Part shown: piece by piece, positions 48,434 to 58,984 of the stretch
How the letters are laid out: each line of letters begins with the position of its first letter
How positions within the stretch are numbered: the first letter of the stretch is position 1
From: an uncultured bacterium
Lineage (GTDB): Bacteria > Verrucomicrobiota > Verrucomicrobiia > Verrucomicrobiales > V1-33
Direction: 5' to 3'
NCBI GenBank assembly: GCA_903954065.1
Contig: CAJBME010000343.1
Span: 5,876-69,875, forward strand
DNA: 64,000 bases
Translations under genes and position numbers: made by a program
Notes under the pieces: generated by a model
The model's input: the letters and a program-made list of their open reading frames with translations, nothing else
The model's database searches: none
Told to the model about the DNA's origin: nothing

Positions 48434-49282
48434 GTGGGACTCTTTTCCAAACTTAAATCCCTCTTTGTCCGCCGACCCAGCATTGATTGGGAGGATTTGG
48501 AAGCCCTCTTAATCCAGGCTGACCTCGGACCGGTCTTTACAGACCAGCTTCTGGACTCACTGCGGGCGCGCGGGAGCAGTCTGCGTTTGGAGGAAATTGC
48601 CGCCGCCACCCGCGAGCAAATCACCAAGATCCTGCCAGCACGCGCCGCCCCCCTGCGGCGAGCGACCACCGGGCCCACCGTCATCCTCGTCACCGGCGTC
48701 AACGGCACCGGCAAAACAACCTCCTCGGCCAAATTAGCCCACATGCTGCAAAGTCAGGGCCACCGGGTCCTGCTCGCCGCCGCCGATACGTTCCGCGCCG
48801 CCGCCATTGAACAACTGGAAACATGGGCCTCCCGCCTCAACGTCCCCATCGTCAAAACTCACTACCAAGCCGATCCGGCCGCCGTCTGCTTCGAGGCCCA
48901 TGACCGCGCCCGACGCGAAGGATTCGACTTCCTCATCTGCGATACCGCCGGCCGCCTCCACACACGCCACAATTTGATGGAAGAATTGGGGAAAATCCGG
49001 CGCATCCTCGCCCGCAAAGACCCGGAGGCCCCCCACGAAACCCTGCTCGTCGTCGACGCCACCACCGGCTCCAACGCCCTCAATCAAGCCCGCGAATTTC
49101 AAAAAGCACTAGGGTCACTCACCGGCATCATCGTCACCAAACTCGACGGCTCTGGCAAAGGCGGCATCATCGTCCCCATCCAACAAGAATTAGGCATCCC
49201 CGTTCGCTTCATCGGCACCGGCGAAACAGCGGAAGACTTCGAACCATTCGAAGCCGCTTCGTTTGTGGAGCGAATCGTCTAA
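48434..49282 (+). CDS. ftsY: SRP receptor FtsY
   Basis: [31 protein letters not shown]. Confidence 0.96.
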   Translation: MGLFSKLKSLFVRRPSIDWEDLEALLIQADLGPVFTDQLLDSLRARGSSLRLEEIAAATREQITKILPARAAPLRRATTGPTVILVTGVNGTGKTTSSAKLAHMLQSQGHRVLLAAADTFRAAAIEQLETWASRLNVPIVKTHYQADPAAVCFEAHDRARREGFDFLICDTAGRLHTRHNLMEELGKIRRILARKDPEAPHETLLVVDATTGSNALNQAREFQKALGSLTGIIVTKLDGSGKGGIIVPIQQELGIPVRFIGTGETAEDFEPFEAASFVERIV

Positions 49283-49384
49283 CCCCCCTCCGCCATCCTC
49301 ACGCCCCAGCCTCCCGCCCCCACTCACGGAAACACCGGCCTTTTCGGCTTGCACCATGGGCCAAGCACCTCGTTTTTATCCGGC

Positions 49385-49987
49385 ATGTCCTCCGAAAAGA
49401 TCATCCCCCGCACCGTGGCCCGCGGCCTGCTCGTGGTCATCGCGGCGACACTCGGCGCCTGCACCGCTCCCAAACAAAAGTTGACGCTGACCCCGGAGTC
49501 GATCGCCACCCCCCCACACCGCATGCCCCGGGCCGAATACCCGTTCGATGCCTCAGGGCGCTACATCGATGCCTGGGCCGCCGAAGGCGCCGTCCGCTAC
49601 GGCCGCCGCGTCAATACCGACCGCAGCGAAGATGGACGGAATGAACCCACCGCCCCTCCCGAACGCCGCCCCCTCGTCAGCCCCGTCTCCCAGTCAAGCC
49701 AGCCCACACCCATCACCGCCAGCCGGCCAGCCACCTCGCCTACCAAAAAATCCACCGCCTCGTCAACGCCGCCCCCACCTCGCAAAACCACGGCCAAACC
49801 CACGGCGAAAACCACAGCGAAAACAGCCGCCAAAAACCGCTCCACGTCGCACATCGTGAAACGCGGCGATTCACTTTCCAGCTTGAGCAATCGATACGGT
49901 GTTACGATACAGGCCCTCAAAAAGGCTAATGGCCTAAAATCCAACATGATCCGCGACGGACGAAAACTCGTCATCCCGAGGAAATAA
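49385..49987 (+). CDS. LysM-domain lipoprotein
   Basis: Lipobox LGAC; Thr/Lys/Pro linker; C-terminal HIVKRGDSLSSLSNRYG LysM. Confidence 0.88.
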   Translation: MSSEKIIPRTVARGLLVVIAATLGACTAPKQKLTLTPESIATPPHRMPRAEYPFDASGRYIDAWAAEGAVRYGRRVNTDRSEDGRNEPTAPPERRPLVSPVSQSSQPTPITASRPATSPTKKSTASSTPPPPRKTTAKPTAKTTAKTAAKNRSTSHIVKRGDSLSSLSNRYGVTIQALKKANGLKSNMIRDGRKLVIPRK

Positions 49988-49990
49988 CCC

Positions 49991-50968
49991 ATGTCTCAGG
50001 AGAGGCGAACCCACATCCTCCGCCTCCTTCAAGCCGGAGGCGGCGCCGCCCTGACGCTGACGCTTCTCGGTTTTTTGGGATCGTGGCACTGGTTCCTCGA
50101 TCTCTTTTCCCATTTCCGCGGCCAGTATTTTTTGACTCTGGCCGTTCTTTCCCTCCTGTTCGGCATCAGGCGCCATTGGACAAGTACTATCGTTTTTCTG
50201 GCGGGGGCCGCATTGAATGCTTGGATTCTCCATCCGCTGTGGGCCGGACCGGCCGGCGCGAAGGTTCCGTCAGCCCAGTCCTTCCAGCCGGCGCCACCAC
50301 TGCGCTTAATCACACACAACCTGCTGTATATCAACCATAACCACACTCTCACCATCGACTGGTTACGCCGCGTCCAGGCCGACGCCGTCTTTCTCTCGGA
50401 AGTCACTCCGCCATGGTCGGACGCACTGCGCCTGCTGACCGATACCTATCCCTACCAACATCACAGCCCCCAGCTCGATGCCTTCGGCTGCGCCCTCCTG
50501 TGCCGACACCCGTGGACGCATCTTGAGGAAAAACAGTGGAACCAGGCCGCTGGCCCCTCTCTCGCCGCGGTCATCACATGGCAGGGGCGTGACCTACTGC
50601 TCCTCGGCATGCACCCGCCACCGCCCATGAACGCCTTCCGCAGCGCCCTTCGCAATACCACGCTGGCTCAGGCCGGCGCCTGGCTCGCCGCCCACCGGAT
50701 CACCACCCACATCGTCCTCGGCGACCTCAATGCCACTCCATGGTGCCATCCCATGCGCCGCCTGCTCGAACAAATCCCGTTGCACAATAGCGCCGAAGGC
50801 TACGGCTGGCAGCCGACCTGGAACGTACAGTCGCCGTTTTTCCAAATTCCCATCGATCACATCCTCATCTCCCCCACTCTCCGCACCACCACTTTCCTCG
50901 TCGGCCCCAATCTGCAGTCAGACCATCGCCCAGTCATGGTCGAACTCCAACCCGCTGGATCTCAATAG
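49991..50968 (+). CDS. Endonuclease/exonuclease/phosphatase family membrane protein (YafD-like)
   Basis: N-terminal TMs, LSEVT, LGDLNATPW, PIDHILI, SDHRP. Confidence 0.88.
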   Translation: MSQERRTHILRLLQAGGGAALTLTLLGFLGSWHWFLDLFSHFRGQYFLTLAVLSLLFGIRRHWTSTIVFLAGAALNAWILHPLWAGPAGAKVPSAQSFQPAPPLRLITHNLLYINHNHTLTIDWLRRVQADAVFLSEVTPPWSDALRLLTDTYPYQHHSPQLDAFGCALLCRHPWTHLEEKQWNQAAGPSLAAVITWQGRDLLLLGMHPPPPMNAFRSALRNTTLAQAGAWLAAHRITTHIVLGDLNATPWCHPMRRLLEQIPLHNSAEGYGWQPTWNVQSPFFQIPIDHILISPTLRTTTFLVGPNLQSDHRPVMVELQPAGSQ

Positions 50969-51906
50969 CCCAAAGGCCGCAGAAAGTGAAACCATTCGAG
51001 CAGTGGGAGCCGAGTCGTCAGCAACCACAAGGTCACCCCGCCCGTGGCCAAAGTGGCCGCAATGATCCATTTGTTTTGGAGCAATTGCTCTGGTTCAAGA
51101 TGCGCCCCAACCTCGCTCATCGCGTGTTTGAAATACGCCAGCACCGCCCCCAACAACAATGGGAAAACAAAGACCAAGTTATTCAATCGAGGGTAGGCCG
51201 CCATGGCAACCCCAGTGCAAAAACAAAACAACCCGCTGTAGGTGATCATCGCTAGCAGCAGCTTCGTCTCTGTATACGTGCGAAAACTCCTTCGATACGC
51301 CCCACTCACCTGAGGATCACCAATAAACCGAAATTCGCTGTAGCGCTTACCCGTCATTAACAATCCGCCGAACGCCCACCACGCCAACACAATACTCAAA
51401 GGCGGCACCACCGACAGCCCAGGAACCAAGGCATACCAGCCCAACCACAACCGAATCGGATTGTTAAACGACTCGGCAATCACATCCACAAAAGCCCGGT
51501 CTTTTAACCGCACCGGAGGCACGTTGTACACTAGCCCGCTCAACAACAACAACCCCAACGCCAACGTGTAACCCGCCGGAAAAAAAAGGAGGCTAAGCCC
51601 AAAGCCTGCCACCCCAAAAAGTGCCATCATCGCCCATAACCACCCGACCCGCACCTTACCCGCCGCTACCCCGCGCAAACGCTTGGTCGGATGCAACCGG
51701 TCAAAGGGCGCATCAAGAATTTCATTCAAAATATAGTTAGCCGAGGCAATAAAACACGCCGGCACCAACGAAAATGCCGCCACTCCCATCATTCCCTCAT
51801 CCGCAGACACCGACGGCACCAGAGTCCACGCCACCGCATGGCCGAACACGATAAACACGTTCTTTAACCAATGCTCCGGACGAGCGATTTTCACGTATTC
51901 CCACAC
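50962..51906 (-). CDS. UbiA-family prenyltransferase (decaprenyl-phosphate phosphoribosyltransferase-like)
   Basis: ARPEHWLKN, NYILNEILD..FDRLHPTKR, KRYSE. Confidence 0.85.
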   Translation of the reverse strand: MWEYVKIARPEHWLKNVFIVFGHAVAWTLVPSVSADEGMMGVAAFSLVPACFIASANYILNEILDAPFDRLHPTKRLRGVAAGKVRVGWLWAMMALFGVAGFGLSLLFFPAGYTLALGLLLLSGLVYNVPPVRLKDRAFVDVIAESFNNPIRLWLGWYALVPGLSVVPPLSIVLAWWAFGGLLMTGKRYSEFRFIGDPQVSGAYRRSFRTYTETKLLLAMITYSGLFCFCTGVAMAAYPRLNNLVFVFPLLLGAVLAYFKHAMSEVGAHLEPEQLLQNKWIIAATLATGGVTLWLLTTRLPLLEWFHFLRPLGY

Positions 51907-51971
51907 GCCTAGATATAAAGTCCCCCGCCCACTTTGTCACTACCAGACTGCACCCACAGCATCATAAACCC
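51901..51971. repeat. Direct repeat copy 1 (ubiA 5' leader and first codons)
   Basis: Core 51929-51971 matches 52978-53020 at 39/43 nt. Confidence 0.85.
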
Positions 51972-52051
51972 TGCAGTCACACGCAGACGGTGGCACAAAA
52001 GTAGGTATCTGCCATTTCATTGGGACATGCCCACGGAATCAGAACGCCATC

Positions 52052-52080
52052 GTTCCTGTGCCCCGAAAGGGCACAGGAAC
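52052..52080. terminator. Perfect 12-bp hairpin downstream of the PEP-CTERM gene
   Basis: GTTCCTGTGCCC-CGAAA-GGGCACAGGAAC; no clear U-tract. Confidence 0.55.
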
Positions 52081-52121
52081 ACGACCGCCTTTCATGTGGG
52101 CCAGAGAGAAGCTCTCGGGGG

Positions 52122-52856
52122 CTATGAGGAAGGCGTTGGGAACTTCCGCGAAGTTCCGGCCTGGCCTAGCCGCCGGCGGCGGAGCAGGGTCAGGGTGAGG
52201 GCGGCGAGCAGGGAGGCCGCGGTCGAGGGTTCGGGCACGGCCGGAAATTCGACGATATACCCGCGCGGATTGGTAGCCACGATCGAGATGAGGTCGCTGC
52301 CGCGGTTCGGCAGGTCGTTCCAAGTGGCCGCGCGGTTATCCACACCGACCCCGAAATACTGACCGAACTGCTCGATTCCGTCGACATCATTCGGACGGTT
52401 GATTTCCCAGTTCGCGAACATAAGTGGCTCACCGGTGACCCAGCCCCAGCCGTCCGCGGGTTCGGCTGAACCTGTTGCCTGAAACAGTCCGATCCACGGG
52501 CCGGAGGTCGACTGGTTAGGCGCGGTGCCAATGGACACCCACGCGGTGGCCTCGTCGGCAATCAGACCGTGGACAAACCCGTTCTCGGCCTCGGAATTCA
52601 GGGTAACCAAGTGCCCGCCGCTCGCGGCGGCGGCATCCCGGGCAGCGCTCCACGTGATACCGTCGGGCACCACCACGACCTGATAGCCATGGCCGTTTTC
52701 CGTCCACAGTATTGGCGTGGTCACGCCGGCCCAGGTGGTGGGAGCCGCCGCCAGCACTGCAAGCACCCCGACCATGGCGACTCTAGCGGAAATAACGCCA
52801 ACACGCGGGCGGAACGGGGACGAAGGATTAACGGGGGCACAGGGACCGGTTTTCAT
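52122..52856 (-). CDS. PEP-CTERM protein with a C-type-lectin-like domain
   Basis: Signal peptide; TWSAARDAA..GGHLVTLNSEAEN, WIG, WND; C-terminal VPEPS-TM-RRRR. Confidence 0.85.
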   Translation of the reverse strand: MKTGPCAPVNPSSPFRPRVGVISARVAMVGVLAVLAAAPTTWAGVTTPILWTENGHGYQVVVVPDGITWSAARDAAAASGGHLVTLNSEAENGFVHGLIADEATAWVSIGTAPNQSTSGPWIGLFQATGSAEPADGWGWVTGEPLMFANWEINRPNDVDGIEQFGQYFGVGVDNRAATWNDLPNRGSDLISIVATNPRGYIVEFPAVPEPSTAASLLAALTLTLLRRRRLGQAGTSRKFPTPSS

Positions 52857-52948
52857 GTTTCTGATAGTAATTTACTTGAGGGAACCGGCGTGAGCTCGGG
52901 TGGGCAGGACATGTGATGAGGCGGCGGGAAGGGAGCATTCACATATTC

Positions 52949-53020
52949 CTACACGCCCTAACATAGAGTCGCCCCGACCACTTTGCCACCACCAGAGTGC
53001 ACCCACAGCATTATAAACCC
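52949..53020. repeat. Direct repeat copy 2, with TATAAT on the minus strand
   Basis: Homologous to 51901-51971; TATAAT at 53010-53015 (minus strand). Confidence 0.85.
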
Positions 53021-53061
53021 ACCCACTCAATGGCTGTCCACAAGGTGGTTCCGGCCTGACC

Positions 53062-53473
53062 TCAGACGTTGCCCCACACGTAAAAATCAACGCTGCACAC
53101 TTCCTCAAAGCCGATCTTGACGCAGATCGGGGCAGAAGTTGAGCACCAGCCCGGCTTGCTCGATCATTCTGGAGAAGTCGGCGGCTTCCAATCTGGCGAC
53201 CAGGTTGACTGGCGTGGACGACGGATTGAGCCACCAGCCGACCCTATGACCGCGCTGGCCAAAGAACTCCTGCACCTGCGCGATGACAAAGTCAGCATTC
53301 TCCGTCGTGAGCGTGGAAACACCAACCATGTTACCAAACGGATGCGACACCTCGGGGGTGGCGTGCGCCAGAAGGCCAGGGAAAGTGGGTACGTCCCAAT
53401 GACCCGGCAACGGCGGGAATTCAAAGAGACTGTGCTCAATGGCGTGTAGGATCGATTTCTTGTCTTCGGGCAT
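53062..53473 (-). pseudogene. GNAT acetyltransferase with internal deletion
   Basis: N-terminal ~110 aa joined out of frame near 53140 to a C-terminal TSAPICVKIGFEEVCSVDFYVW*. Confidence 0.65.
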
Positions 53474-53630
53474 GTTCACCTATCGTCGATGGAAGCCATT
53501 ACCCGTCAAGTTTCAGATGATCTTCGACTGAGCCTACCCACCGTCACAATCACCCATAGCTCCTGCTATCAAGGCGCTGCGACAGCGGCTCTTGGTGAAG
53601 GGGGCTCCAAAACTCGGGCCGAGTACTAAA

Positions 53631-54998
53631 CTAACGCCCACCGTCTATGTGTTGGGGTCGCGGGGCAGGTGGGTCGGCGCCGGACAAACTGCGGAGCACG
53701 GATTGCTGCCACCTCTCGAGGTCGGCTTGAAGAGGGGCCACGACTTCAGGGAGCGACGCCGCGAGGTCGATTTGCTCTGCGGGGTCTGCTGGGAGATCAT
53801 ACAATTGATACCGGCCTTTGCCTAATTTGACAAGTTTATAGCGATCATCGGTCCAAGCGGCGGGGCCAGAATCGCTTGTGGGGTGTTCTCCGCCATTGGC
53901 CTGCCAGAAGCCGAGGGGTTGGGGGCGGTGGGGCATTTGGCCGTCGAAGAGGGGGAGCAGGCTGATGCCGTCCAGGGGGCGAGCGGGCAGAGGATCGGGA
54001 GCCTGCATGGCGGCGAGGAGGGTGGGAAAGATATCGACCACGCCAGCGGGTACGGTGCTGATGGCTGGTTGGCGGATGCGGGCGGGCCATTCGATGACGC
54101 GGGGAACGCGCAGGCCGCCTTCCCACATGTCGCCTTTGCGGCCGCGTAGGCCACCGGAGACGCCGTGGGCCTCAGGGTGAGACGGATCGATCCACCCCCC
54201 ATTATCGCTATTGAACCAGAGGAGGGTATTTTCGGCTAGTCCCAGCTCGCGGAGTCGGTCGCGCAAGATCCCGATGCTGCGGTCTACGGCGAGGAGTTCG
54301 CCGAAGTAGCCTGACCCATGAGCGGCTTGGAGGTCAGCAGGAAGGGGGCGGTGCGGGACGTGAGGACTACCGAACCAGATAGCAGCTAGGAAGGGTTGCT
54401 TTTCGGTGGCCTGCTTTTCGATGAATTGGAGGGCTTGGGTCATAATGACCTCGGAGCCGTCGCCTTGGCTGGGTTCGGGGAGGCCGTTGCGGCCGAAGGT
54501 CCAATCGGTTTCGAAATAGTTGCTCACGGAGAAGGATTCCTCGAAACCGCAGTGGCGGGGCGAAAGGGGATCGGACTCTGGGATCACCCGACCGGGACCG
54601 GCGACGCCGTTCAAGTGCCATTTACCGAAGTGGCCGGTGCGGTAACCTTGCTGCTGAGCGACTTGGGCCAGAGTGAGTTCCTCCCGGCGCAGGGGCATGC
54701 CGGGCCAGAAGACGCCCATGCGATTGGGGTGGCGGCCGGTCAGGATGCTCGCGCGGGTAGGGGAGCAGCTTTGCTGGGCGTAGAAGCGGTCCAAGCGCAG
54801 CCCGGAGGCGGCAAGTGCATCGAGCTGCGGAGTTTTGATTTGAGTCAGTCCGTGAAAGCCGACATCGCCCCAGCCTTGATCGTCGGTCATGCAGAGGATG
54901 ATATTGGGGCGCGCACTGTGGGTGGCCGGGGCCGCGACTGCGCGGGCGGCGGTTCCGAGCCCCAGCAGGCAGAAGACGCAGAGGAGTAGCGCACGCAT
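53631..54998 (-). CDS. Secreted sulfatase (Cys-type)
   Basis: DDQGWGD, CSPTR (CxPxR), GKWHL, SDNG, KGDMWEGGLRVP. Confidence 0.93.
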   Translation of the reverse strand: MRALLLCVFCLLGLGTAARAVAAPATHSARPNIILCMTDDQGWGDVGFHGLTQIKTPQLDALAASGLRLDRFYAQQSCSPTRASILTGRHPNRMGVFWPGMPLRREELTLAQVAQQQGYRTGHFGKWHLNGVAGPGRVIPESDPLSPRHCGFEESFSVSNYFETDWTFGRNGLPEPSQGDGSEVIMTQALQFIEKQATEKQPFLAAIWFGSPHVPHRPLPADLQAAHGSGYFGELLAVDRSIGILRDRLRELGLAENTLLWFNSDNGGWIDPSHPEAHGVSGGLRGRKGDMWEGGLRVPRVIEWPARIRQPAISTVPAGVVDIFPTLLAAMQAPDPLPARPLDGISLLPLFDGQMPHRPQPLGFWQANGGEHPTSDSGPAAWTDDRYKLVKLGKGRYQLYDLPADPAEQIDLAASLPEVVAPLQADLERWQQSVLRSLSGADPPAPRPQHIDGGR

Positions 54999-55143
54999 AC
55001 CATAAGATTAGCGAAACCAAACACAACTGTCGACGGGTAACTCTACGGCTCTACGAGTGAATGTGTCGGCTGGGTCGTTTGAAGAGTGGATGGGGAGGAG
55101 GTCTGTGGGTCGTGCGAAGAGTGGATGGGAATTTTTTAGACGC

Positions 55144-55167
55144 GCCGAGCTGGGGCTCAGCGTTCCC
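55144..55167. repeat. Single REP-like hairpin
   Basis: GCCGAGC-TGGG-GCTCAGC followed by GTTCCC, just downstream of the 55192 stop. Confidence 0.4.
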
Positions 55168-55191
55168 GGGAGGGAGGAGCCCGAGCGTCGC

Positions 55192-58100
55192 CTATTCAAT
55201 TTTCAGCACCCCGGGGCCCTTGATGAACTGCGGCGAATTTTTCGCATCGTAGGTTCCCACCGGTTGTTCTGTGCCATTGATGATCAGTTTACCGCCGCGC
55301 AGTTCACCGTTGAAGTTCAGCTCAAGCATCGAACCGACGGAGATCTCGATGGCCGTTTTTTCGTCGAGGCTTTTCACGGAGCTCAGTGCGAGAGTGCCCT
55401 CCAGGACCTTGGTTGCACCACTGAATGTGTTGGATCCGGAAAGTATCCAGGTTCCCTGACCCGATTTGATGACCGATGTTTTTGCCCTGCTTTCGCGGTC
55501 GTGAGGGTCGCGGATACCTCCGGCGATTTCGCCCGTACCTGCGGTGTCGCCCTGCAGGGCGACGGTCTTGTCGGCCCCGTAACCGGAAATCAGGATGTCA
55601 CTGGTGAACTTAAGTAAACCGGTGCCGGATTGATCGAAGATCACGGTGGCATTTTTCCCGGCGAAGTTCAGGACCCGGTTGGTGCTTTCTCCACCGCCTG
55701 TGTAGATCAGCGAGCATTCACCATCCTTACCTTCTTCACCGATGACGATCTCGCCGGCCTCAATGTCCTGCGGTGCACCGAGACTGCTGCTGGCCTTGGC
55801 GCCACCGTAGCTATTAAAAGAGGAAACACTCAATCCACCGCCCTCCAAAACCGTTCGACCGGTGTAGGAATTGTTGCCCGCGAGTTTCATCACCCCTGAT
55901 CCGCATTTTTTCACCAGAAATGATCCGCCGCCTGGCCCCTTGGAATCCGCGATGCTGGCGGAAACGACGACTGAGGCCCTGGCGTTGGCGGTGTCGAGTG
56001 CCAGAAACGAACCGCCCATCAGACCGTTGTCATGAACCGAATTCGTCAACCCGGTGAGCAATGCGTCCAGTTGCTCGCCACTGAACTCGCCCGGACCGCC
56101 GACGCTGAGTCGCAAGGTTGCCGCCTTGTGAATGGTGATGTTTTTCGGAGTCCATTTCGCGGCATCGCCCTTGTAGAGCCCTGTGGCTTTTGTCACCTTC
56201 AGCGTGCCCGGAAAAACGATGGTCGGACCGCTGTAGGAATTCACGCCATCCAAGGTCAGCATGCCACCGGGCACCATGTTGAGATAAGTTCCGTTGGTGC
56301 CGTGCATGATCAAACCGCCGACCCCGCTCATTGCTCCTGAAATCGTACAGTTGGCAATGAAATGAGCGGTGCCATTCAGCGTGACTGGACCGCTCGTATG
56401 GCATTGGAAGAGCATACCGTCATTGATCACCAGCGGATTGGCTAAGGTGTTTTCTGAGGACAAGGAGCCGTAATTGTCCAGAGTCACCACGCCGGTGCCC
56501 AGGCCGTCCGCTTTCCGCACATTGATTTTGCCGCCGCTAATAAGCGTCCCGCCACTGTAGGTATTGCTGTTATTGAGTTGCAAGACTCCATAATGCACAT
56601 CGTGAAAATTGATGCCGGCGACATTCGCGTCGCCCGAGCTATTGAGAATCAGCGCATGCGGTCCGGAGATGGTGCCGTTGAAACTCAAGAAGCAGTTTGG
56701 ATCCTTGTCGATAGCGGTCATCACAGTGAGATCGTCCTCAAGGATCAACGGCATGTCGATGTCAACCCGTTGGCATTTTCCCGGCCGAATGGCCGGCGCT
56801 ATGCTACTGCCGAAACCCTTGACAAAGGTGAGGCCATTTCCGCTGAGGGCCAAACCGCCGCTGCGGTCACTGAAGACGAGTTGGTTCAACCGAAAACCTT
56901 CTTTCAAGTCGTTCTTGACCTTGCCGCCGCCGCCTTGGTCGAAATTCATCACGTAGTCCGACTGGCCATGCATCTCCGGCCTCGCGCCGCCCGACCACCG
57001 AGCCGCCTCGCTCCAGGTGCCGTCGCCGGGATTGCTCCAGGTGAAAGCGTTTGGTTGATCGCTCTTGAGTACCACCACGGTCACCGTCTGAGTAGACTTG
57101 TCTTGGGCCGTGATGGTGTAACTTTGCGGCTTGGTAAAATCCCGGACCGTTCCCGAGGCGGGAAGTGCGGTGGCGAATGGCGACAAGGTGAAGGTGGGGG
57201 CCAGAGCCGTCACATCGGTGACCTTCGGCACGATCACCACCATGCGATTCCTCGAAAGGGCGGTCGACAGCGCATCGGGCACCGTGAAGCCCGCCATGGC
57301 GGCAGCCTTACTGACGGAAGCTCGCACGACCGTCACGAAATAACTTTTCTTGCTGCCGTCCCGACCGGTGACGACGTATTCCTGCCCTTGAGTAAAATCG
57401 CGACTGACACCAGACGCCGGAGTGATGGTGGCTCCGTCCGACACCTTGATAGTCGGCGCCAGCGCCGTTACATCGGTGTCATGGGCCACCGTGAGAGTGA
57501 GTTCTGTCTGGGAAGCATTCACCGGTGGCAGACCGGGAAGTGAGAATTCTTTGATGTTGTTCTCGGCTGGCGCGATAAAGGGATGGTCATCCTTGAGCGA
57601 GAGAAACGGCGGCGCGTCCTTCACCTCGTCGACCGTGCGCGGCAGCTTCGCAGCCTTCACTGGATCGATGTAGTGGGTCAAATCCCGCATCGCGATGCAC
57701 TGGTAGTTGTTGTCCTTGAGGTACTGCATCATCGCCTTGAAGGTCGATGGTTTCAAACTCACTGGCGGATGCTCCATGTCGGGCACGCCGTGAAAGCAAA
57801 AGCAGACAACCCGCCCGTTGCAGGCCTGCTGCGCCTGCTTGATGAAGTTTTCAACCGGAACTCCGTCGTGGACCGAGAACGAAGGAACATCAAACGGATT
57901 GTCCACCGTCGGGCGATAGGGACGCTCATGCCCGCCGCGTCCGAAGGTCTATCCATGCGCGGAGAGCTTCGGACAGTCGTCCCAGTTCACCGCATAAATC
58001 GGCCAGCACAGCGTGGTCATCAGCGGTCCGCCGTGAGCCAGGACTTGATCCTCCATGGCCATGATCGGATCGTAGCCGGAAGCATGCCCTAGGGTGTGGT

Positions 58101-58404
58101 TGCCGATTTCGAGACCATCTGCGTCCATCTCAATCATTTGACGATAAGTTACATACCAATCTTTACGTGTTTTGAAGGAATCAAAATCGCAGACGTAGAT
58201 CGTGCCGCCTAGCCCCAACTCCTTGAGAATCGGGGCGACGACCGTGTAGTGGCTGGCTGGCCCGTCGTCGAAGGTGAGTACGATCAATTTGTCGGGAATC
58301 GGCTTGAGCAGCACGCCATTCGGATCGGGGTCCACCGCCGTTTGTGCGCCAACAAAAGTTGGTAGGCCGAGGGCGGCGAGGATGCTGAGGATGATTTTCA
58401 ACAT
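55192..58404 (-). pseudogene. CE4 polysaccharide deacetylase + two Ig-like repeats + autotransporter-associated beta-strand repeats, split by one in-frame TAG
   Basis: ORFs 57949-58404 and 55192-57906 share a frame (HG*TFGRGGHERPY); TFDDG and NHTLGH precede the stop, CFHG follows it; four N(S/T)(Y/F)(S/T)G.T repeats. Confidence 0.8.
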
Positions 58405-58519
58405 GTGCGCTTTCTGTTAGGAATGATCATTTTCCGGATTCGTCTCACATGAATTTTCGCTCTTTCAAGCCTCGATGTCGAACATCTTGCGAGCCCGCTG
58501 GCTATGGCGACACTGGGGA

Positions 58520-58876
58520 ATGTCAGTTCTCTATGTTTACCAGAAGTGCAGCACCTGTCGGGAAGCAATGCAGTGGCTTGCCAGCCATCGTATTGCTGTC
58601 GAGGTCAAGGCGATCCGCGAGACGCCTCCCAGTTTTGCCGAGTTGAAAGCGGCGCTTGATTTCATGGGTGGGGACATTCGGAAGCTCTTTAATACTTCGG
58701 GGTTGGACTATCGGGCCCTTGGCATGAAAGACCGGCTGCCGACCATGAGTGAGGAGGAGGCTTTGCAGTTACTTTCACAAAACGGCAACCTCATCAAGCG
58801 GCCGTTGCTGATCGGGGAGGGTCGGGCTCTGGCCGGGTTCAAACCTGAAGTGTGGAGCCAATTACTCCTTTCCTGA
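58520..58876 (+). CDS. ArsC/Spx-family protein
   Basis: YQKCSTC, KLFNTSG..YR, NLIKRP. Confidence 0.9.
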   Translation: MSVLYVYQKCSTCREAMQWLASHRIAVEVKAIRETPPSFAELKAALDFMGGDIRKLFNTSGLDYRALGMKDRLPTMSEEEALQLLSQNGNLIKRPLLIGEGRALAGFKPEVWSQLLLS

Positions 58877-58984
58877 CCGGCTGGCCACGAGCGGCATGAT
58901 TTTCCTCTCCCCTGCTCAGGCGGAGGTACTGGTTGTTGCCCATGATGTCATTGACAGTGGGGAGGCCGCCGGAGAGCTTAGCTT

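Noticed and set aside
51901-53020. Integron cassette with attC sites around the PEP-CTERM gene
   Set aside because: Only a partial GTTAGGG in one copy, no matching core/inverse-core pair in the other, and no integrase; the repeats map to the ubiA leader
55192-57906. Complete type V autotransporter
   Set aside because: Passenger-type repeats are present but there is no C-terminal beta-barrel
57949-57951. Genome-wide reassignment of TAG
   Set aside because: TAG ends bona fide genes here (atpB, atpF, atpC), so it is an ordinary stop
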